The notes under the pieces were generated by a model. The model searched no databases, was not told the DNA's origin, and saw only the letters and a program-made list of their open reading frames with translations. The translations under genes and the position numbers were made by a program. A stretch of DNA of 64,000 nt from Flavobacteriales bacterium (lineage in GTDB: Bacteria > Bacteroidota > Bacteroidia > Flavobacteriales > UBA7312), in the NCBI GenBank assembly GCA_049890295.1, contig JBMHBP010000004.1, positions 78,851 through 142,850 on the forward strand. Direction: 5' to 3'. Position 1 is the first letter of the stretch; every line of letters starts with the position of its first letter. Shown here piece after piece: positions 38,323 to 49,805 of the stretch.

Positions 38323-38994
38323 TTGGCAAAAAATAAACTTCGTAAATTTTCTCAAATAAATTGCTACAAACATGTCGTTCAACCTACTTTTGAAGAATTA
38401 AAATCTGGTTTTTCATTAAAAGGAAAGTGGAAATCTGAAATGTTCAAAAATGATAATCCATTAGTTTTAGAACTGGGTTGTGGCAAGGGAGAGTATTCAG
38501 TTGGATTGGCCCAAGCCTATCCCCAAAAAAACTTTTTAGGCATAGACGTCAAAGGAGCTAGAATGCATAAAGGAGCCACAGACTCTTTAGAAGAAAGCCT
38601 AACAAATGTAGCTTTCTTAAGGACTCGCATAGAGTTTATAGAATGGTGCTTTGAAACCGATGAAGTTGATGAAATATGGATAACCTTTCCAGATCCTCAA
38701 ATCAAAAAGAAAAGAGCCAAGAATAGACTTACTCATCCAACCTTTCTTAAGCGCTATGCTTCAATTTTGAAAGCCGATGGGCTTATTCATTTAAAAACAG
38801 ACAGCCAATTTTTGCATGGCTACACTTTAGGAATTATAGAAGGGCATGAGCATAGTTTAGAAGATGCCGAGCACGATATTTATAACGCTCAACTTCAACG
38901 TCCGCATTTACATATTAAAACTCACTACGAAAAGTTGTTTTTAGAAAAAGACATGCCAATTACTTACCTAAGGTTCAGTTTGAATAGAGCCTAA
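38323..38994 (+). CDS. trmB: tRNA (guanine-N7)-methyltransferase
   Basis: LELGCGKGEY, GID.KGAR, ITFPDP, LKTD, T.YE. Probable TTG start at 38323. Confidence 0.95.
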   Translation: MAKNKLRKFSQINCYKHVVQPTFEELKSGFSLKGKWKSEMFKNDNPLVLELGCGKGEYSVGLAQAYPQKNFLGIDVKGARMHKGATDSLEESLTNVAFLRTRIEFIEWCFETDEVDEIWITFPDPQIKKKRAKNRLTHPTFLKRYASILKADGLIHLKTDSQFLHGYTLGIIEGHEHSLEDAEHDIYNAQLQRPHLHIKTHYEKLFLEKDMPITYLRFSLNRA

Positions 38995-39006
38995 ATTATC
39001 AATTCT

Positions 39007-39327
39007 ATGAACTCTTTTTTTCAAAAAGTCCATGAAGTAACGCAGCTTATCCCCGAGGGTAAAGTCACAACTTATGGTGCTATTGCTCGATATTTAGGAA
39101 GTCCGCAATCTGCTCGCATGGTGGGTTGGGCACTAAATACTGTAAAAGGCTATGAGACACCTGCTCACCGTGTAGTAAACCGAAAAGGTCTACTAACGGG
39201 GAAGTTTCACTTTGATGGTATCAGTCTCATGCAAGACCTTCTAGAAAATGAAGGTATTATGGTTATTGATAATCAGGTAAAAGACTTTGAAAGTGTATTT
39301 TGGGATCCTAGTAAAGAATTAATTTGA
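39007..39327 (+). CDS. Alkyltransferase-like protein (MGMT family, no catalytic Cys)
   Basis: IPEGKVTTYG.IA, AR.VGWAL, PAHRVV in place of PCHRV. Confidence 0.9.
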   Translation: MNSFFQKVHEVTQLIPEGKVTTYGAIARYLGSPQSARMVGWALNTVKGYETPAHRVVNRKGLLTGKFHFDGISLMQDLLENEGIMVIDNQVKDFESVFWDPSKELI

Positions 39328-39369
39328 GTCAGTCTAAACAAACGCCCAATTGCGTATCTTTGCACTACA

Positions 39370-40494
39370 ATGACATTAACAAAGGAACAGATTTTATCGG
39401 CTTTATCAACTTTTACCCTACCAAACGGCGGTAAAGACTTGGTATCAGCTAATTGTGTCCGAAATATTCAAATCTTCGGCACAGAAGTGATAATAGATAT
39501 TGAAATTGATAATCCAACTTTACAATATAAAAAAAAGGTAGAGGTAGATAGTATCAAGGCAATACATGATCATGTCTTTGAAAAGGCGGATGTAAAGGTT
39601 AATCTTATTGTAAATTCACCACAAAAACCAAGCCAACAAATACGCGGGAAAGCTATTCCCGGAGTAAAAAATATTATTGCTATTGCCTCAGGAAAAGGTG
39701 GAGTTGGTAAGTCCACCGTTTCAGCCAATTTAGCAGTAGCACTAGCAGAAGAAGGGTATTCAGTAGGTCTTGTCGATGCTGATATTTATGGTCCTTCTAT
39801 GCCTATAATGTTCGATGTAGTAAATGCTCAACCACAAGGCCGAATGGTCGAGGGTAAAAAGCGTATTGTTCCAGTGGAAAGTTATGGTGTTAAACTGTTG
39901 TCCATCGGTTTTTTTGCTAATACCGACCAGGCTGTGGTCTGGCGAGGTGCAATGGCTTCGAAGGCCCTGAATCAGATGTTGTGGGATGCCGATTGGGGCA
40001 ATATTGATTACCTTTTAATTGATTTACCACCAGGTACTGGCGATATTCATTTGTCTTTAGTTCAGTCTATACCTGTTGGAGCAGCAATAGTTGTCAGTAC
40101 GCCACAACCAATCGCATTAGCTGATGCAAAAAAAGGAGTAGCGATGTTTAAGATGGATGCTATAAATGTCCCTGTCTTAGGATTAGTTGAAAATATGGCA
40201 TATTTTACACCAGAAGAATTACCTAACAATAAATATTATATTTTTGGAAAAGATGGTACTAAAGGTTTAGCAGAGCGTTTAGACTTGCCATTACTAGCTG
40301 AAGTACCTTTAATACAGAGTATTCGTGAGGCAGCTGATGTTGGAAGACCAGCCGTATTGCAGGGCGACACACCTTCAGCAAATGCTTTTGTTGGTCTAGC
40401 TAAAAATGTAGTCCTTCAAATGGATAAACGCAATGAACTTGAGGCTACTAAAACTGTAGAAATTACAACTATGAACGGATGTTCAACAAAATAA
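39370..40494 (+). CDS. apbC: Mrp/NBP35 (ApbC) Fe-S cluster carrier ATPase
   Basis: N-terminal DUF59-like domain, SGKGGVGKST, DADIYGPS, DLPPGTGD, ENM; -7 element TATCTTTG at 39355-39362. Confidence 0.93.
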   Translation: MTLTKEQILSALSTFTLPNGGKDLVSANCVRNIQIFGTEVIIDIEIDNPTLQYKKKVEVDSIKAIHDHVFEKADVKVNLIVNSPQKPSQQIRGKAIPGVKNIIAIASGKGGVGKSTVSANLAVALAEEGYSVGLVDADIYGPSMPIMFDVVNAQPQGRMVEGKKRIVPVESYGVKLLSIGFFANTDQAVVWRGAMASKALNQMLWDADWGNIDYLLIDLPPGTGDIHLSLVQSIPVGAAIVVSTPQPIALADAKKGVAMFKMDAINVPVLGLVENMAYFTPEELPNNKYYIFGKDGTKGLAERLDLPLLAEVPLIQSIREAADVGRPAVLQGDTPSANAFVGLAKNVVLQMDKRNELEATKTVEITTMNGCSTK

Positions 40495-40498
40495 AACA

Positions 40499-40759
40499 AT
40501 GGGAATAATTACCGATTCAAACATTATAAGCAAAATAGAAGATGCCCTTGCTCAGGTTCGTCCATTTTTAGAGTCTGATGGTGGCGATATTCGTTTGGTG
40601 GAAGTGACTGATGATTTTATAGTGAAAGTTAAACTTCTTGGTGCATGCAGCGATTGTCAAGTAAGTATGATGACGCTAAAAGCTGGGGTAGAGCAAACCA
40701 TTAAAAAAGTGTTGCCGCAAGTCAAAGAGGTGGTTGATATAGATAAAACAGACAATTAA
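40499..40759 (+). CDS. Stand-alone NifU-C/Nfu domain protein
   Basis: VRPFLESDGGD, GACSDC..S.MTLKAGVE. Confidence 0.92.
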   Translation: MGIITDSNIISKIEDALAQVRPFLESDGGDIRLVEVTDDFIVKVKLLGACSDCQVSMMTLKAGVEQTIKKVLPQVKEVVDIDKTDN

Positions 40760-42592
40760 ATGACTCAAGAAACAGTCGAAAAAGTTGTTATATTTTTTGC
40801 AGGCGACTCAGGGGATGGTATACAACTAACAGGTTCACAATTTACAAATACAACGGCTTTATACGGAAATGACTTAAGTACTTTTCCAGACTTTCCAGCC
40901 GAAATACGTGCTCCACAAGGCACCCTTGCTGGGGTATCAGGTTTTCAAATTTCTTTTGGTAGTACTGAAATCTTTACGCCAGGTGACGAATGCGATGTAT
41001 TAGTCGTTATGAACGTAGCGGCATTGAAAGCCAACCTCAAACGGTTAAAAAAGGGGGGTACAATAATTGTAAATACAGACGGTTTTGATAAGCGAAACTT
41101 ACGTCTAGCAGGCTATCAAGATAATGAAAACCCACTTAACGATAACTCCCTGTCTTCATACAGAGTCAATGAAATTGATATTACAAAATTGACTCGTGAA
41201 TGTCTGGTTGATATATCGCTAGGGATTAAAGAAAAAGACCGTTGCAAAAATATGTTTGTTTTAGGTTTTGTTTACTGGATGTATAACCGAACACTTGATC
41301 ATACAATTACCTTTTTAAAAGAAAAATTTAAGCATAAAGAAGACGTTCTTGAAGCAAATATTCGAGTACTCAAAGCAGGCTATAATTTTGCAGATACTTG
41401 TGAAATTTCAACTAGTAGATTTGATGTAAAACCTGCAAAAATGTTGTCGGGTACCTATCGAAACATAATGGGTAATCAGGCCCTTGCTATGGGACTTATT
41501 GCTGCCTCACAACAGTCAGGGCTTGAACTTTTCTATGGCTCTTATCCTATTACACCAGCATCTGATATTTTACATGAATTGGCTAAGCACAAAAACTTTG
41601 GTGTCAAATCGTTCCAAGCAGAGGACGAAATTGCAGCTATAAGTGCAGCCATAGGAGCTTCATTTGGTGGAGCCTTAGGTGTTACAGCTACTTCTGGACC
41701 TGGTGTTGCACTAAAAGGAGAAGCCATAGGGTTAGCCTTTATGTTAGAACTTCCTTTAGTGATTGTAAATGTGCAACGAGGCGGGCCATCTACTGGCTTA
41801 CCCACCAAAACAGAGCAAGCCGATTTATTACAAGCCATGTATGGTAGAAATGGTGAAGCACCAGTACCCATAGTGACTTCCAGTACACCCTCAGATTGCT
41901 TTGAAGCCGCTATTGAAGCATGTCGAATTGCAATAGAACATATGACGCCCGTCTTTTTACTCTCTGATGGCTATATAGCTAATGGTGCAGAGCCTTGGCG
42001 ATTCCCAAATTCGAAAGAACTAAAGACCATTCAAGTGCCAATGACAACTAAAACGGAATCCTATTTACCTTACCAACGCGATGAAAAAATGGTTCGAGAA
42101 TGGGCAGTTCCTGGCATGGCTGGTTTAGAACACCGTTTAGGAGGTTTAGAAAAAGAAAAAGATACTGGAAATGTGTCATACGATTCGGATAATCATGAAC
42201 TTATGGTGAAAATCAGAGCTGAAAAAGTAGATAAAATCAGCGATTCAATCCCTAGTCTAGCCATTGACTCAGGTATTGATAGTCCTAAAGTTCTTGTATT
42301 AGGATGGGGGTCTACTTATGGTGCTATAAAATCTGCTGTTAAAGAACTATTAGCACAGGGGTATTCAGTAGCTCATGCTCATTTACGTCATATTCATCCT
42401 TTTCCAAACAATTTAAAAACACTTTTAGAAAGTAGTCAGTATGTCGTTGTACCTGAAATTAATAACGGTCAACTCATAAAAATTATTCGTGATACTTTTT
42501 TAATAGATGCTATACCTTTCAATAAAATTAAAGGTATCCCATTTGAAGGACGAGAAATTAAAGATAAAATTATAGAACTGCATGACAGATAA
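40760..42592 (+). CDS. korA: 2-oxoacid:ferredoxin oxidoreductase alpha (gamma-alpha fusion)
   Basis: [45 protein letters not shown]. Confidence 0.93.
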   Translation: MTQETVEKVVIFFAGDSGDGIQLTGSQFTNTTALYGNDLSTFPDFPAEIRAPQGTLAGVSGFQISFGSTEIFTPGDECDVLVVMNVAALKANLKRLKKGGTIIVNTDGFDKRNLRLAGYQDNENPLNDNSLSSYRVNEIDITKLTRECLVDISLGIKEKDRCKNMFVLGFVYWMYNRTLDHTITFLKEKFKHKEDVLEANIRVLKAGYNFADTCEISTSRFDVKPAKMLSGTYRNIMGNQALAMGLIAASQQSGLELFYGSYPITPASDILHELAKHKNFGVKSFQAEDEIAAISAAIGASFGGALGVTATSGPGVALKGEAIGLAFMLELPLVIVNVQRGGPSTGLPTKTEQADLLQAMYGRNGEAPVPIVTSSTPSDCFEAAIEACRIAIEHMTPVFLLSDGYIANGAEPWRFPNSKELKTIQVPMTTKTESYLPYQRDEKMVREWAVPGMAGLEHRLGGLEKEKDTGNVSYDSDNHELMVKIRAEKVDKISDSIPSLAIDSGIDSPKVLVLGWGSTYGAIKSAVKELLAQGYSVAHAHLRHIHPFPNNLKTLLESSQYVVVPEINNGQLIKIIRDTFLIDAIPFNKIKGIPFEGREIKDKIIELHDR

Positions 42593-43586
42593 AACATCCT
42601 ATACCGCCAAAGATTTTTCGTCAGACCAGGAGGTGCGTTGGTGCCCAGGTTGTGGAGATTATTCTATACTCAAGCAAGTTCAATCGGTAATGCCTGAACT
42701 GGGCTTACCAAAAGAGGAAATAGTGTTCATTTCAGGAATAGGTTGTTCATCTCGCTTTCCATATTACATGAACACTTACGGAATGCATTCAATTCATGGC
42801 CGTGCTACCGCAATAGCCAGTGGTTTGAAGGCAGCTCGACCAGACTTAAGCGTTTGGATTATTACTGGTGATGGTGATTCTTTATCTATAGGTGGTAACC
42901 ATCTTATTCATTTGTTAAGAAGAAATTTCGATACTAATATATTATTGTTTAATAATCAAATTTATGGATTAACTAAAGGGCAATATTCACCCACTTCAGA
43001 GAAGGGTAAAAAGACTAAGTCTACTCCAATGGGCTCTATTGATCACCCCTTTAATCCACTAGCACTTTGTTTAGGTGCCGACGCTACTTTTGTTGCCAGA
43101 ACGATGGATAGAGACCCTAAGCATTTGAGAGAAATGCTCAAGCGTTCTAATGATCATAAAGGAACGGCCTTGTTAGAAATTTATCAAAATTGTAATGTAT
43201 TTAACGATGGGGCATTCTTTGGTATGACCGATAAGGCTACCAAAATGAATCAAACCCTATTTTTAGAACATGGAAAGCCTCTCCTTTTTGGCGAAAATAA
43301 CACTAAAGGAATACGGCTTGATGGTTTTAAACCGATAGTTGTTTCACTAGATGATTATTCTACAGATGATTTATGGGTTCATGATGAAAAGGATAGAGTA
43401 AAGGCCGGTCTGCTAAGCCGTTTTTTTGATGAAAATTTCCCAAGACCATTTGGGGTTTTTTACTCTGAAGATCGAATGTTATACGAGGAGGCTTTAGTAA
43501 ATCAAATTCAGGAGGCTATTGATATAAAAGGGGTAGGAAATCTTGATGCTTTACTAAAAGGTTCAAACACATGGACTATTGATTAG
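42582..43586 (+). CDS. korB: 2-oxoacid:ferredoxin oxidoreductase beta
   Basis: WCPGCGD, SGIGCS, HGRA, GDGD...[13 protein letters not shown]. Confidence 0.93.
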   Translation: MTDKTSYTAKDFSSDQEVRWCPGCGDYSILKQVQSVMPELGLPKEEIVFISGIGCSSRFPYYMNTYGMHSIHGRATAIASGLKAARPDLSVWIITGDGDSLSIGGNHLIHLLRRNFDTNILLFNNQIYGLTKGQYSPTSEKGKKTKSTPMGSIDHPFNPLALCLGADATFVARTMDRDPKHLREMLKRSNDHKGTALLEIYQNCNVFNDGAFFGMTDKATKMNQTLFLEHGKPLLFGENNTKGIRLDGFKPIVVSLDDYSTDDLWVHDEKDRVKAGLLSRFFDENFPRPFGVFYSEDRMLYEEALVNQIQEAIDIKGVGNLDALLKGSNTWTID

Positions 43587-46129
43587 AAGTCAAACTTGGC
43601 ACTAAACTTTAGTGCAAGCCCTCTTACTCCAAATGTATTTATTAGCTGATATCTATCGTCTAAATATGTTAGTCGTTTTATCAGATCCACTCTCAAAAAC
43701 TTAAAAATATTTGTGATACCAACACTAGCCTCTAAATAGGGAGTAGAATTCATTAAAAAAGTAGTCGCTAGTCCCTCACTGTTAGTTGGTAATTGTAACA
43801 AGTCATTTTGTAAATATGGATTATTTTCATCCCCTAGACTTCCATATAGTAATTTTAATCCTATGACCTCCCTTACTTTTAAGTGTTTAAATACGGGTAA
43901 CTTATTGAATATTGCACCTTTAAAATAATGATTCCATCTTAGTGAAAAGTATTCATCATTGATGAATTCTATATAGTTCATAAGGTTGAATGATTTAAAC
44001 TGATAGCCTAAAGACTGGTTGGCAGTGGGAATATGTAACATTGGAAAATGAGTTTTTCCCCAAATTTTTCCTACTATGATTTCAAAATCTGAAAAGCCGA
44101 TCAACGGTAAATAGCAACGTTTTTCAAGACCTAAACGGCTTTTAGAAAAGTTATGTTCTCCATTTACCACAGCTGTTAAGGCTGTGGTATGACTGAAAGT
44201 AATTATAGGGTATTTATTTTTTATTAATTGTCGTCGGTTTTTAGTTTGATAAAATTGTAGGTGAGGAGCAAATTGAATTCGTAGACTTATTTCATCGGTA
44301 TTGATTTGTTTTAGCTTGTTATTATACCCGTCAATAAATCTCAGCTCTCCTAAAGGTTTAACTCGGTTATTGTCAAAGGTCAATCCAAAGGATAGCCCAT
44401 TTTTAAACTCCCTTAAATAATCGATTTTCATATTGTGAGTCATTATCATTTTATCAGAAGCATTACTATTGAAAGAATACAAAAAATTATCCTGACTTAT
44501 GTTTTCACTATACTGACCGGGGAAATGGGTAGTTCTAGAAATTGAACTATAAATATGGTGTTGAGGGTATTTTATGTAATGTTTGTTAAAAGAGTATAAA
44601 AATTCACTTTGGTACTTTAATCTTAAATCTCCTAAGCCGATAGCTAAATGTCCACCAATTTGATACTTTTTATTGTAATCAGGTGTAGTTCTAGCACCCA
44701 TTCTTAATTTTAGCCCTTCAATTTTATTCCAACTTATAAAACTAGCAACAGTACCCAATTCATACCAGTTGGCATCAATCCATCCAGATGTTAAAATTGA
44801 GGAAGCTTCAGCTATTATTTTGAATGATCTAGTACTTTGAATACTATCAATCATTTCATAGATGCCTTGTTCATCATTAGTAAGTTGCTGATGCCTGTTT
44901 TTAGTCCAAAATTGTTCATCAGTACTTTCATTTAACTTTACGACGTCTGCCACAGTCTGATATATAGAATCGGCACGCTGTCTATGTAATATGAAATTTT
45001 TGTGAGAAACACTTTTTTTTCCAACAACACCCATTTGTTTATTTCCGATGCTATAATCAATAAAAATTGTATTTTTTGAGGGTAACCAAATATGACTCTC
45101 AACATTTTCATAATCTTGTGTTATTTTCAAATCGTTTACAAAGTTCAAATTAATTGCATTATTAACGCCTAACTCAACTTGTCTAATTGCATACGAAGAA
45201 TCGTTCAAAACATATAAGTTTCCGGTAAAAGCAAAATCAGATTTTGAGCGAGGTGAGAAGCCTATATTTATACACTCTGTTTGATTGGTTATAACAGTAT
45301 CAATTATAAAAAACTTATAAATAGTTGGTGCCAAATCATTTATAGGACTTGGAAATTTATTGCCGAACAGTTCTATTTGATTATCATAAATATTTACTTC
45401 TGAGTATAGTTTATTCATGAAATGACCAATACCATCATTATCAAATCGATTTAGACTACCACTCATTTTTGTGCCTAGAAGGTATTCTTTTTCTGATTTT
45501 GGTTGCTTTCTAAAATATATTTTTGAACTTTTTTCTCTTATAAAAAAGGGTATATACGGCTTGCCATTTATTTCAGAAGTATAAACGTGGTTGTCAAAGA
45601 TAAAGTCAAAATCACGCATAAATTTTCTATCGGCTAGTTTGTCAGAAAAATTATTGATATCAAACTGTATTTTTTCGTATTTGTCATATTCATAATAATC
45701 TAATGATTGTTTTTGATTGAACTTTTTATTGTCTATGACTTTCCGAATGAGTTCCACTGCAGGATTGTTTTTATTTCTGTATTTAACCTTTTTATTTTCA
45801 ATAATTGTTACGTTTTCAAGTTTTACTGAAGTTGAAGACAATCTATAATTGAGTGTTTGAACTTTACCTTTTTGAACAAATTGGGTAGATTTTTCATAGC
45901 CTAAAAAGGAAACAGAAAGGCTATCTGTAGCCCATTTTGTTTGAATGCTATATTTACCTTTAAAGTCTGTTGTGGTACCAATATTAGAGTTTTTGAAGCT
46001 TACATTAACAAAGGGTAAGGGTTGTTGATGTTCGTTTACTACCTTCCCTTTTACCTTAGTGATTTGTGCTTTAATTGGTAACACAAAAAGTAAGCATATA
46101 CAAAGTAAGGTTTGTGAAATAAATTGCAT
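43583..46129 (-). CDS. DUF5686 / carboxypeptidase-regulatory-like domain outer membrane protein
   Basis: Signal peptide, [54 protein letters not shown]-terminal F. Confidence 0.8.
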   Translation of the reverse strand: MQFISQTLLCICLLFVLPIKAQITKVKGKVVNEHQQPLPFVNVSFKNSNIGTTTDFKGKYSIQTKWATDSLSVSFLGYEKSTQFVQKGKVQTLNYRLSSTSVKLENVTIIENKKVKYRNKNNPAVELIRKVIDNKKFNQKQSLDYYEYDKYEKIQFDINNFSDKLADRKFMRDFDFIFDNHVYTSEINGKPYIPFFIREKSSKIYFRKQPKSEKEYLLGTKMSGSLNRFDNDGIGHFMNKLYSEVNIYDNQIELFGNKFPSPINDLAPTIYKFFIIDTVITNQTECINIGFSPRSKSDFAFTGNLYVLNDSSYAIRQVELGVNNAINLNFVNDLKITQDYENVESHIWLPSKNTIFIDYSIGNKQMGVVGKKSVSHKNFILHRQRADSIYQTVADVVKLNESTDEQFWTKNRHQQLTNDEQGIYEMIDSIQSTRSFKIIAEASSILTSGWIDANWYELGTVASFISWNKIEGLKLRMGARTTPDYNKKYQIGGHLAIGLGDLRLKYQSEFLYSFNKHYIKYPQHHIYSSISRTTHFPGQYSENISQDNFLYSFNSNASDKMIMTHNMKIDYLREFKNGLSFGLTFDNNRVKPLGELRFIDGYNNKLKQINTDEISLRIQFAPHLQFYQTKNRRQLIKNKYPIITFSHTTALTAVVNGEHNFSKSRLGLEKRCYLPLIGFSDFEIIVGKIWGKTHFPMLHIPTANQSLGYQFKSFNLMNYIEFINDEYFSLRWNHYFKGAIFNKLPVFKHLKVREVIGLKLLYGSLGDENNPYLQNDLLQLPTNSEGLATTFLMNSTPYLEASVGITNIFKFLRVDLIKRLTYLDDRYQLINTFGVRGLALKFSAKFDF

Positions 46130-46161
46130 TAATTATGGCTAAAAATTACAGAACTAATGTA

Positions 46162-46941
46162 CTATAATTTTAGCTCATTTGGAATTACGCAAATAGGAAT
46201 AGGTATCATTTTATGTTTGTTGGCATTATGAAATGTTTTATAAATTTGGATGACTTCCTTTTCTCTATCGTTTAAAATACTAACATCACCTTTAAAACGC
46301 ATAGCCCATTCTAATTCTGGATAAGTAGCTCCGATTTGTTCTTCGTCAGTCCTATTATCTTCCCAAAGACCATCAGTTGGGTTAGCCGTTAGGATAGACT
46401 CTATTACACCTAATGTTTTGCCGATTTCAAACACCTCAGTTTTAAACAAATCGGCTATTGGACTTAGGTCGACTCCTCCATCACCATATTTGGTATAAAA
46501 ACCTATTCCAAAGTCTTCGACTTTGTTGCCTGTTCCAACAACCAGATAAGAATATAACTGAGCATAGTAATACAAAGTCGTCATTCTCAATCTTGCTCTA
46601 GAATTTGCTAAAGATAATTTATAACTATTTTCATCAGATTGGTCAACTGTATCAACAAAAGTGTTGAACAGATCACATAAATCTATTTTTAATGATTGTA
46701 CATTATTAAACTGTTTTTTCAACCATTCGATATGTTCTTTAGCTCTATTTACTTGATTAGATTCTTGATGAATAGGCATCTCTAAACATAAAGTAGGTAA
46801 ACCTGTTTTAGCCGCTAAAGTTGAGGTAACAGCAGAGTCAATTCCGCCAGAAACTCCCACAACAAATCCGCTTGATTTAGCATTTTTATTATAGTCTAAA
46901 AGCCAATTACAAATGTGCTCGATACATTCCCTTGTTTGCAT
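46162..46941 (-). CDS. nadE: NH3-dependent NAD+ synthetase
   Basis: GVSGGIDS, N..ARLRM, GTGN..E...G.YTKYGDG, PTDGLW...TDE. Confidence 0.96.
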   Translation of the reverse strand: MQTRECIEHICNWLLDYNKNAKSSGFVVGVSGGIDSAVTSTLAAKTGLPTLCLEMPIHQESNQVNRAKEHIEWLKKQFNNVQSLKIDLCDLFNTFVDTVDQSDENSYKLSLANSRARLRMTTLYYYAQLYSYLVVGTGNKVEDFGIGFYTKYGDGGVDLSPIADLFKTEVFEIGKTLGVIESILTANPTDGLWEDNRTDEEQIGATYPELEWAMRFKGDVSILNDREKEVIQIYKTFHNANKHKMIPIPICVIPNELKL

Positions 46942-46976
46942 AGTATTGCAAATGTAATAAATCGTAATTTTACAAA

Positions 46977-47945
46977 ATGAAAAAGTGTCTTTTTAGTTTC
47001 ATAATAATTTTGTGGTTTGTGTCGTGTGGTAATAAGCAGCATAAACAATACAATATTGAACTACTTCGAATGGATAGTCTTTTCATTAGTGATACATCTG
47101 CAATATCATATTCAGATTACAAAAATCGGTACGGTTCATTTTGGGATATTTATTGTCAAAATATAATATTTCTACCTGAAGTAGGTTTTCAGGATTCATT
47201 GAGTTTGTTTCAGAAAGAAGATGATTTCCAACGTCCACATAAAGAGCTAAGTACTACATTTGCCGATTTTTCTAAGTATGAACAACAATTTGGAGAAGCA
47301 TTTTATGTGTATAATCATGAATTTCCAGATAAAATAGTTCCATCAATCATTACATTTTTTGGAGGGTTCAATTACATTGCAGTAGCCACAGATAGTTCAT
47401 TAGCTGTAGGTTTAGAAATGTTTTTAGGTCAAGATTCAGAATATTATACAAAATTGACTCATAAATTCCCGACTTATATGCATCAACGTTTTCAAGCCGA
47501 TTATATGGTTCCTCTTGCAATAGACGGTTGGTTAGAGTCTGAGTTTCAAATAGGTCCTAACGATTTTTTATCCCAAATGGTCCATTACGGAAAAATAAAG
47601 TATGCCCTTAAAAAGTGTCTAGCACAAACACCAGATCATATTATTATGGGATTTACAGAGAGTCAGCTAGAATGGTGTAAATTAAGTGAATTTTCTATGT
47701 GGAAATTTCTCATTGAAGAGGGCTTGATTTATAGTACAGATCAATTTTTAATTAATAAATATATCAAACCAGCTCCTTATTCTAGAGGTATGCCGCAAGA
47801 ATCTCCTGGACAAGCGGCCGTATGGATAGGATGGAATATCGTTCATGAGTTTATGAAAAAGTATCCGGATATGAGCTTACAACAACTATTTGAAATAAAG
47901 GATGCTCAGTATATTTTAAATAAATCAAAATACAAACCACGATGA
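46977..47945 (+). CDS. gldB: Gliding motility lipoprotein GldB
   Basis: Lipobox FVSC, FL.QM..YGK..Y, PAP......ESPG....WIGW.IV..FM, SKYKP; overlaps gldC. Confidence 0.85.
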   Translation: MKKCLFSFIIILWFVSCGNKQHKQYNIELLRMDSLFISDTSAISYSDYKNRYGSFWDIYCQNIIFLPEVGFQDSLSLFQKEDDFQRPHKELSTTFADFSKYEQQFGEAFYVYNHEFPDKIVPSIITFFGGFNYIAVATDSSLAVGLEMFLGQDSEYYTKLTHKFPTYMHQRFQADYMVPLAIDGWLESEFQIGPNDFLSQMVHYGKIKYALKKCLAQTPDHIIMGFTESQLEWCKLSEFSMWKFLIEEGLIYSTDQFLINKYIKPAPYSRGMPQESPGQAAVWIGWNIVHEFMKKYPDMSLQQLFEIKDAQYILNKSKYKPR

Positions 47946-48268
47946 GTAATAAAGAGTCAGAAATAAAAATACATGTCGATCTTGATCAGAATAATATTCC
48001 TGAAAAGCTAAAATGGGAAGCTTCTGATGGTGGTCAAGATCTGTCAGAATGTAAGGCAGCATTTTTATCCTTTTGGGATACGAAAAGTAAAGAAACACTT
48101 AGGATAGACTTGTGGACTAAAGAAATGAGAACAGATGAAATGAAACACTTTTTTCATCAAACTTTGTTATCTATGGCAGATACTTTGGAGCGTGCTACTT
48201 CTGAAGATAAAATGGCCGCAGATATGAGAGACTTTTGCCGACATTTTGCTGAAAAGTTAATTAAATAG
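47942..48268 (+). CDS. gldC: Gliding motility protein GldC
   Basis: LD.NNIPE...[31 protein letters not shown]. Confidence 0.93.
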   Translation: MSNKESEIKIHVDLDQNNIPEKLKWEASDGGQDLSECKAAFLSFWDTKSKETLRIDLWTKEMRTDEMKHFFHQTLLSMADTLERATSEDKMAADMRDFCRHFAEKLIK

Positions 48269-48856
48269 GGTATTCGTTTCAGAAATAAACTTTAATAAAT
48301 CCTCCTTTCCGATTTGCTTTGTTGATGAGCTTAGAAAAATAGGCGGTAGTTCTTCCCACGATTTTAAAAGTTCTTGTTTGTAGCGGTTTAGATTTTCTCG
48401 TCTTACTGTTTTGCTTAGCTTATCTTGTTTTGTGAAACAAATTACAAATGGCACGCCTTTTTCACCTAAAAACTCCATAAATTCCAAATCAATAGCTTGA
48501 GGCTTTAGTCTTGAGTCAATAAGCACAAAGAGGCACATTAAGTTTGATCTTTTTAGCAGATAATCTTTGATGAATTTTGAAAATTCATGACGTTTGGTTT
48601 TGGACACGCTAGCGTACCCATAGCCAGGTAAGTCTACCAAATACCAATTTGAATTGATTAAAAAGTGGTTGATTAGCTGTGTTTTGCCTGGTTTTCCTGA
48701 AACTTTAGCTAACTGTTTTCTACCAGTCAGCATATTAATTAAAGATGACTTTCCTACATTGGATCGGCCGATAAAAGCATATTCCGCTAAGTTTGGGCTG
48801 GGGCATTTTTTGACATCAGAATTACTGATGACAAACTCAGCCGTTTTGACTAACAT
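48257..48856 (-). CDS. engB: Ribosome biogenesis GTPase YihA/EngB
   Basis: [23 protein letters not shown]. Confidence 0.96.
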   Translation of the reverse strand: MLVKTAEFVISNSDVKKCPSPNLAEYAFIGRSNVGKSSLINMLTGRKQLAKVSGKPGKTQLINHFLINSNWYLVDLPGYGYASVSKTKRHEFSKFIKDYLLKRSNLMCLFVLIDSRLKPQAIDLEFMEFLGEKGVPFVICFTKQDKLSKTVRRENLNRYKQELLKSWEELPPIFLSSSTKQIGKEDLLKFISETNTLFN

Positions 48857-49637
48857 CAGCAATATGCTTTACATTACGGTCTAACCAGCTTTTAAGAATA
48901 CTAGAAAATTCTTCAGGATGTTCCCACATTGGTGAGTGACCGCATTTATCAATCCAATAGAGTTCAGAATGTTGGAATAAACTATGAAATTCATTAGCAA
49001 CACGTGGTGGTGTTACGCTATCTTGCTTACCCCAAATTAAACAAACTGGAAATGGTTCAAATTTAGGAATGTCTTTACTCATGTTATGTCTAATAGCCGA
49101 CTTGGCCATAGCTAATAATCTAATAACCGAGCCTCTATCATTTGCGATGCTAAAGACGTTATCTACTAATTCTTTAGTAGCCATTTTAGGATCGTAAAAT
49201 ACTTCTTCTGTTTTGGTTTTAATGTAACTGTAATCACCTCTTCTTGGGAAAGTGTCTCCCATGGTGTTTTCATATAACCCTGAGCTACCAGCTAACACAA
49301 GTGATTCTATCATTTCAGGATAGTCCTTAGCAAATGTTAACGCTATATGCCCACCTAATGAATTGCCAATTAGAGTAGCTTTTTCTACTTTTTTGAAGAC
49401 TAAGAAATCGTGTATATAGTGTTTAAAATGCTTTATGGATGTTTTTGTTAAGGGCTTATCAAAGAGAGGTAGGATCGGTCCCAAAACTTTGTAGCCAGAA
49501 TCAGTTAGTTTTGGTATAATGTCTTCGAAGTTTTCAATACCCCCCATTAGACCATGTAGCATTACTAAAACAGGGCCTTCCCCCAGTTCTACATATTCAT
49601 AGCCATTTTCTTTAGTAATTTCTAAATTTTTAATCAT
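48837..49637 (-). CDS. Alpha/beta hydrolase
   Basis: LHGLMGG, GNSLGG, WG..D..TP, GH.PM.E.P. Start moved to 49637, downstream of -7 element TACTTTTG (49645-49652). Confidence 0.9.
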   Translation of the reverse strand: MIKNLEITKENGYEYVELGEGPVLVMLHGLMGGIENFEDIIPKLTDSGYKVLGPILPLFDKPLTKTSIKHFKHYIHDFLVFKKVEKATLIGNSLGGHIALTFAKDYPEMIESLVLAGSSGLYENTMGDTFPRRGDYSYIKTKTEEVFYDPKMATKELVDNVFSIANDRGSVIRLLAMAKSAIRHNMSKDIPKFEPFPVCLIWGKQDSVTPPRVANEFHSLFQHSELYWIDKCGHSPMWEHPEEFSSILKSWLDRNVKHIADVSQNG

Positions 49638-49739
49638 TAGAGTGCAAAAGTACACAAAAAAAAAGTTCTGTGGAGCATCTGATGTACCACTCATCAAATT
49701 ACCCTTTTTTCAAAAAAAGAGTTAAATGTTATTAACAAA

Positions 49740-49763
49740 GTGGTAAAAAGTGGTAAAAAGTGG
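49740..49763 (+). promoter_or_regulatory. MraZ-binding direct repeats
   Basis: GTGG at 49740, 49750 and 49760 (10-bp period; GTGGTAAAAA twice, then GTGG), just upstream of a -7-like TATATTTA and mraZ. Confidence 0.85.
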
Positions 49764-49805
49764 AGTAAAATTAATTATATTTACGCATTGTATCAGAGAC
49801 AAAAG

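Noticed and set aside
40760-43586. Reverse TCA carbon fixation implied by korAB plus two carbonic anhydrases
   Set aside because: No citrate lyase or other diagnostic gene in the window; the genes are unlinked and korAB is common in heterotrophs.
49740-49805. GTGGTAAAAA repeats read as a VKSGKKW N-terminal extension of MraZ or as a CRISPR-like repeat
   Set aside because: A 10-bp-period GTGG triplet upstream of mraZ is the known autoregulatory operator; there are no spacers or cas genes.
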